NCBI GenBank assembly: GCA_025558095.1
Contig: JAIVFI010000001.1
Location: forward strand, 992,001 to 1,056,000
Origin: Hyaloraphidium curvatum SAG 235-1
Taxonomy: Eukaryota > Fungi > Monoblepharomycota
Direction of reading: 5' to 3'
DNA length: 64,000 nt
Both the position numbers and the translations under genes were made by a program. Below are positions 57,873-64,000 of this stretch, piece by piece; the stretch's first letter is position 1; each line of letters begins with the position of its first letter. Below the pieces are notes generated by a model. The model did not search any database. It was not told the origin of the DNA and saw nothing but the letters and a program-made list of their open reading frames with translations.

Positions 57873-60800
57873 ATGGACAGCGACGAGTCGCTGTCGAAGT
57901 CCGCCCAGGCGGACGCGGAGCCATACGTACTCTCCTCGGATACGGAGTCGAGCGAAGAGCTGTCGGACGACCTCTTCTCGACCGCAAAGAAGCGCAAACG
58001 CCGGGTCCGCCGCGCCAAGAAACCTCCGCCCAAGCGCGGCAAAGCAGCGGCACCCGACGATGAGGACGACGAAAGCATGTCGGAGGGCGTCTTGGGCGTC
58101 GGCAAGGGGTCATCGGGCAGGAGGTCGGCCGGCAGCCGGTCCGCAGGTTCTGCCGGGCCAGTGGTGCCCATGTCCGCAACCCCGACTGCACCGACGACAT
58201 CGGTCAAGGGCAAGGAGCGGGCGTCCTTGGCTCCCTCCACCAAGTCCACCCCCGTGGTGGTCATTGACGACTCGGGGGGCGAGTCGGATGTGTCTGACAG
58301 CGTCATGACCCGGACGGCGCCCAAGTACGAACAAATCGATATGGGCCTGTACTTTTCGTCTCTTGCTGCTGCCGAGCGTGGAGAAGCGCGGGAGCAGGAA
58401 GCGGAGCAGGACTCCGCCATGAGCGCCGAGGATGTGGAAGAGGTCATGCAGCAACGCGAATCCGAAATCGGAATCGTACGAACCAAGGTCGTCGGCATTC
58501 AGTACTGTAAGTGGGCTCGTGTGTCGTTCCGTTTCGTGCGATGACGGTTGTCGCATTAGACCAGGGGCTCGCTCTGCCCCAGGAACTGGTCCAGCTCATA
58601 CGCGAACCGCAAAACCCCTACGACGCTTTCGCTCTCCGGGTCAACAACCAGAACGGACAGCAAGTGGGCCATATACCCAAAGCTGTGGTCAAGGTGCTTT
58701 CGCCGTTGATTGACCGGGGGAAGCTCAGGCTTGAAGGTGAAAGGAGTTGACCGTTGTGTCTCACGTCGGTCATTGAAGCGTTTGCTCGCACGGCAGGGAT
58801 CGTCTCGGGACACAAGACGCAGTTCGATCTGCCCATCAACCTCCACGCTTTCTGCCTCCCGGAAAATGTTGCGGAAGTGTCCAACTCTCTTCGTGTCGGC
58901 AGGATCGCGCTTCAGGCATTCAGGGCGCTACAGAACCCGAACGCTGCGTCGTCGGCAGCCGCTCAACGCACTCTCGCGGAAGAAGCCTGGGCTAAGCTGC
59001 TCAGGAGCGGGCAAAAGATCGAGCCCGAGAGCGCGCAGGAGCTCCTTGCGGATCTCGGGCTTCCCGCCAAGGATCTTGCCAAGATCAAGATGGCTCCACA
59101 ACCGGAGCACCTGCAGACCCAGCTGCTGCCCTACCAAAGGCAGGGGTTGTACTGGATGCTCGAGGCCGAGCACCCGCGAGGTTGGACCTGGCATCGTTCA
59201 CTTAAGGTGAAACCAACACGGTCCCGCGCAGTTCCCCGTGCCGAGAACCAGACGACTCAATTCTGGACCTTCAAGAGGGACAACACGACGGGCAGGCAGT
59301 TTTTCCACAACTTTGCGACCGGCTTCGGCAGCCACGAAGTCCCGCAGTTCATGCGTGGAGGTATCCTCGGTCAGTTGAGCGCACGTGCAGATTGCATTCC
59401 TGGAAGTTGATCTTGCATCGTTGCAGCTGACGACATGGGCCTCGGCAAGGTGGTGGTACCGACCGCGAATGACCCGCATTGCTCACCGCCGTACATCACA
59501 GACCATCCAAATCATTTCCCTCCTCCTGACGGATCCGCAGCCCGTCACCATCGTCCCCTGTGATCTCCAAGCTTCGGACGATTTCTGCAAGGCTACCCTG
59601 ATTGTCTGCCCTCTGTCCCTGCTGGACAACTGGGTGAGCCAGATGGCGAAGCACGTGGTGCCCGAGCGGGATCTCCGGGTGTTTGTGTACCATGGGGACA
59701 ACCGCAAGGGAAAGACCAAGGGAGAGCTCAAGAAGTTCGATGTCGTCCTCACGACGTACACGACGCTCGCGCAGCCCAGATGCGATCTGATGGCAATCAA
59801 GTGGCGGTGCGTATGGCAAAGCCCCGCCGAACTCTTGTTGACATTGGGTCACTAGCCGCGTCGTTCTGGACGAGGGTCACAACGTGCGCACCCACGGCAC
59901 ACAGCAGTCGCAGGCCTGCGCGGCCGTGCAAGCGGAGAGACGCTGGATCGTCAGCGGAACTCCGATCCAGAACGGCGTCGACGATGTCTATGGTCTCATC
60001 CGTTTCCTAGGCTTGCAGCCGTTTAACACCATCGAGTTTTGGAGGCGGACCTTCTCCAGGCCCGTGAAGAAGGGGGAGGAGGCGGGGCTGCTACGGCTCA
60101 AGATGCTCATGCAGTTCCTTTGTCTCCGCCGCACAAAGCGCATGAGGTTCGACGGAAAGCCTCTCGTGGCACTTCCGCCTTGCCAGATGTACTTGGTGGG
60201 TGCCTCGCTGTACGGCAGATGCTCGCCCGCTCTGCTGACCGGGACCCACATTTCCAGCACAAAGTGGCGTTCTATCCGGAGGAGGAAAAGGCAAGCTATG
60301 CGCTCCGACAAGTGCGGCCGTTCTCACGAACACGTGCCCTAGATTTACCGTGCCATGGAACGGGAATCTCTCGAAATGTTCCGAAAAATGGAGGAGCAGG
60401 GGGACGACGAAGTGTTCCGCAACTACGCAAACATTCTCGAGATCCTCATGAGGCTGCGCCAGATTTGCGACCACAAGGATCTCATTGGGGATCGGGAGCT
60501 CAAGTTTCTCAACCAGGTTGTCAAGGGCGATGCGAGCATGATCAACTGGAGCGATCCCTCGGCCCAGAAGCTGTTGCAAATTCTTCGCGACAACGAGGGC
60601 GAAGATTGCTCGATCTGCCTCGACACTCTGAAGGAGCCGGCGTTGACTCCCTGCGGTGCGCTCCATCGTTTAAGTCGAGATTGTCGGGTGCTGACTCCCC
60701 CCTTATCCTGCGTGGCAGCTCACTTCTTCTGTTCTGGTGAGCAATGACTTGCGCTCCCTGATGGAATGAGCTGACCGTGCATGGTGCGACAGCTTGCATC

Positions 60801-61836
60801 AAGGACGTTATTAACCGCAGCGTTTCGACAAACAAGTGCGTAGTTGCGCACAATGAGGCCCGGACTTTTGGAGCTAACTGCCGAAACAGAGCGCCCTGTC
60901 CTCTATGTCGGCGAGAAATCAAAGGACACGAGCTTGCCATTCCTCCGCCGGATGTTCTCGCCGGGAAGACCGCGGACGATGCAGACGAATCGGAGGAGGA
61001 AGCAGGAGACGCCAAGGATTTTCCCAGCTCGAGCAAGATCGATGCGCTGCTCTCCTTCCTCACGTCGTCGCACCGGAAAGACCCCACTACGAAGTCGGTG
61101 GTCTTTTCGCAGTGGGCAACGATGCTGAACAAGATCGAGCCGGCGCTGCGCAAAAGCGGCATCGATTACGTCAGATTCGATGGGTCGATGTCGGTGAAGC
61201 GCCGGGACGCGGCCGTTCGCCGCTTCCAAAGCGACCCCGGCTGCCGCGTTTTCCTCGCCACTCTCAAAAGCGGAGGCCTCGGGCTCAATCTGGTGGAAGC
61301 CAACTTTGTGTACCTCATGGACCCGTGGTGTAAGTACGGTCCATCGTGACTTGCATATCGTCATCTTACTGGTTGTACAGGGAACCCTGCGATTGAGGAC
61401 CAGGCTGTGGATCGCGTCCACCGTCTCGGTATGCAACTTCTTGTGCTTATCCGGGCGGTTTTGCTGACTTTATCGAAGGGCAAACCCGCGAATGCACCTG
61501 CGTGCGCTTCGTCATTGAACGGACCGTCGAGGACCGCGTGATGGAGTTGCAGAAACGGAAACGGAAACTCGTCAAGGTATGTCACATGCTTGTCGACTCG
61601 GGAGCTTCTTGGAAACGAGAGTCCTTAACGCAGGAGGCCCTGGGGGACGGTCGGGCTGCAAGCACCCGCGACCGAGACAGGATCCGCGAACGTAAGCCGG
61701 GCTGCGTGTGATGGAGTTTTAACGACCTCTAACATCGAATGCTAATGACGACACAGAACGCCTCGCCGAGCTACGAACACTATTCAACACGGGAGAGCAG
61801 ACTCAGCCCGATGCGGCTCCGAACTCTGATTCGTAA
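57873..61836 (+). CDS. Rad5/HLTF-like SNF2 helicase with HIRAN and RING domains, more than 10 introns
   Basis: HIRAN REPQNPYDAFALRV...VGHIP, GGILADDMGLGKT, LDEGH, SGTPIQN, RING CSICLD, KSVVFSQW, GLGLNL and [20 protein letters not shown]. Confidence 0.93.
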
Positions 61837-61876
61837 TGATCATCCATGGTCCAGCATTGTTGTTTTCTGTAGCGAA

Positions 61877-63545
61877 TCAATCTTCCGCTTTTTCGAGTGC
61901 AAGTTTGCGGAGCTTCTTTTCCTTCCTCCTCTGCTTCCGCTCCTCCGGCGTCTCTTCGTCGCGCTTCTTCTTGGAGCTCTTCTTCTTCTTGATGGCCCCA
62001 GCTTCGTCCGCGGAATCCTGCGGGAGGTCCTCGCCGACTCCGTGCAGGAACTGCTCATTGTCCGATCCATGCAGCGGCATGCCCTCGGTTTGTCCGAAAT
62101 CGAGCTCCACTTCCTCGATGAGGTCGCCGTGGGCATCCTGGTACTCGTGTGCCCCGTCCTCCCCTTCGTAGTAGCCCTCCTCTTCGGTGTGCGCCTGCTG
62201 CACCTGTTCCACCTGCTGGTCCCAATCGTCCTCCTCGTCGTTCACGAGCGAAGTCGACAGGTGGTTCTTCTTGCGCGGCCGGGCAGGTGTTCGCTTTGCG
62301 CGCTTCTCGGTCCGGATCTGGATGTACTCTCGGATGCCTTCGACAATCTCTGCAAGGATGGTCAGGGTCGATTCAACCCCATTTCAAGCGCCAAGGACAT
62401 ACCCGGGAACGTCTTGCTCGTGGAGTCTTCGACTTTGGACCGAAGCCGGTTGAACGCGTCGTGTATCTTGCCTTGAGCCCTGGACGCACGCACTCGACAT
62501 TAGGAACAAACCGGTAGACGGATGCTGCGGCTTACCAAGGAAGGGCGTCGTCGCGAAGGGTCCGCCATTCAATCTCGCTTTCGTGCTGGACACCTTGCGC
62601 AACCAGTTCGTCCAATCTGGCGAGCAACCGTCAGCACCGCGGCGGAACCGGCAGAATCAGCGGGCGCGCTCACTTGACAAGCAGAATGTCGTCAGAAGCG
62701 TAGTTCCAACGTGCCACCTTCTCCAAAACCGGAGCTTCCGCCGGCTGCATGTCGGCAGGGATGACACCCGTTTGCCGGTTCCTGGAAGGATGGTCAGCGC
62801 CAGAAAGCCGGCCACGAAGACCGATGCGAACCACTTCTGCCGGCACTGCACGTAGGTCCGAGTTCCGACATGAACGGCGATCTCCTCCCAAAACTCCTTG
62901 TCCTTGACGTCGGGCACGCGGCCTTGCGCGACCAAGCTTTCGAACGCGTTCTTGTACAGCAACTCTTCGTCGGGGGTCCATTTCCCGCTGTTCTTTTCCT
63001 GGTCGAGGCGCTCGAGAACCTTCCAGCGGTCCGCGCAGCCCGAGGCGGTGCGGCCGATCTGCGCCGCGATCTCCACCCAGTTCTTGGACATCGTGACGAC
63101 GAGCGTCCTCAACACCGTGTCCTCGTCCTCGGTCCACTTGCCCTTCTTGTTCTGCACGTCAAACTCGCGCTGCACCGCCCTGTACTGCGACTCGACCGTG
63201 CGGTCCGGCAAGGTGGAGGCCTGCAGCGTGCTCAGCAACGGACGGCCTGCCAGCCGGGAAGGGGCTCACAATCTCCTTCCAGAAGCCCTTGTGCTCCGCC
63301 ATGCGGTCCTTCTGCTCCTTGGTCGTTGCATTGCGGCGCTTGTATATCAGGAGCTGGATGTCCTCGTCCGACAGGCCGTGGGCGTCGCGGTAGTAGAGCA
63401 CGGCGTCCCGCAGCTTCTGCTTCTCCTCGGCCGAGAACTTTCCCTCCTTGTAGACGAGCCCGGACTCCTTGAGCTTTTTGGTCTTGAGCCACGTCTGCGA
63501 CGGGCCGTCGATGTCCAGCGCGCGCTTCCGGCTCCCGTCGTCCAT
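61877..63545 (-). CDS. Myb/SANT-repeat protein of the Reb1/Nsi1/TTF1/DMTF1 type
   Basis: GKFSAEE, FWKEI...LPDRTVES, KGKWTEDED...WVEIAAQIGR...CADRW, GKWTPDEE and RTYVQCRQKW. Confidence 0.85.
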
Positions 63546-63910
63546 CGCGGTGCCTCGGGAGGGGGAGGAGCGGGGCCGCACGGTCTGATGCGGGCGCCCG
63601 CGCGCCGCCGCCGGGGGTCTCGCGCTCGCTCGGAAGAAGCGGCGCACGCGGGCACGGAGAGATTTGACCGGACGGGAACGCTTTCCGCACGGTCTCGTGA
63701 GTTGGTGTGGGGCGGCCGCCGTGCGGGTAGTGTCTCATCGAAGACCCCTCCCTTCTCGCGTCGCGGGGACGCGCGGCCGCAAAGCTGTCGTCCCGAATCG
63801 AGTTCCCGCCCGGACCGTCGGTTCTCTTTCCTCCGTGGCGCGAGAACGCCCCCAGACCGCCCTCCCCCGCCTTTGACGGACCGGTCTCGCGCGAGGAGTC
63901 GGCACGGACG

Positions 63911-64000
63911 ATGCGCAAGACCAAAATCTTCACGGGATCGAGCCATCCCGAGCTCGCTGCGCTCATCGTGGACAGACTGGGCATCCAGACCGCGCCGGCG
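63911..64000 (+). CDS. PRS1: Ribose-phosphate pyrophosphokinase (Prs1-like), 3'-partial
   Basis: MRKTKIFTGSSHPELAALIVDRLGIQTAPA matches the fungal Prs1 N-terminus. Confidence 0.85.
   Translation, partial: MRKTKIFTGSSHPELAALIVDRLGIQTAPA

Noticed and set aside
1-61836. DNA-repair gene cluster (NSE2, TDP1, FAM72, RAD5-like)
   Set aside because: The genes are far apart and interspersed with unrelated genes, which is consistent with chance.
1-64000. tRNA or rRNA genes
   Set aside because: No convincing T-loop, cloverleaf or rRNA signature was seen by eye. A tRNAscan-SE or Infernal run would be needed to exclude them.

Overview
This is a gene-dense, GC-rich eukaryotic window. Most genes have short (about 45-60 nt) spliceosomal introns with fungal-type CTRAC branch points. 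The gene set (fungal Mdv1/Caf4-type WD40 protein together with enkurin-domain ENKD1, FAM72, JMJD5, SANT-bearing zuotin and UEV-bearing VPS37) suggests an early-diverging, chytrid-grade fungus; this is an inference. About 37 protein genes are recognisable, mostly housekeeping. The main unusual structure is a ~2-kb dispersed repeat present twice in inverted orientation (~644-2652 and ~45679-48453). Each copy sits between convergent genes. The repeat carries spliceosomal intron signals and octamer arrays, and copy 1 supplies the last 28 codons and the stop of ENKD1. Copy 2 contains a ~1.04-kb 5'-truncated non-LTR retrotransposon of the restriction-like endonuclease (RLE) type; copy 1 shows the empty site. 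Other highlights are a bacterial-type GH57 glycoside hydrolase with an intron, a prokaryotic-type TRIC channel with a possible organellar presequence, a tyrosine phosphatase whose three introns all appear to be GC-AG, and two long hairpin-containing introns. CDS spans include introns, and exon boundaries were inferred by eye.
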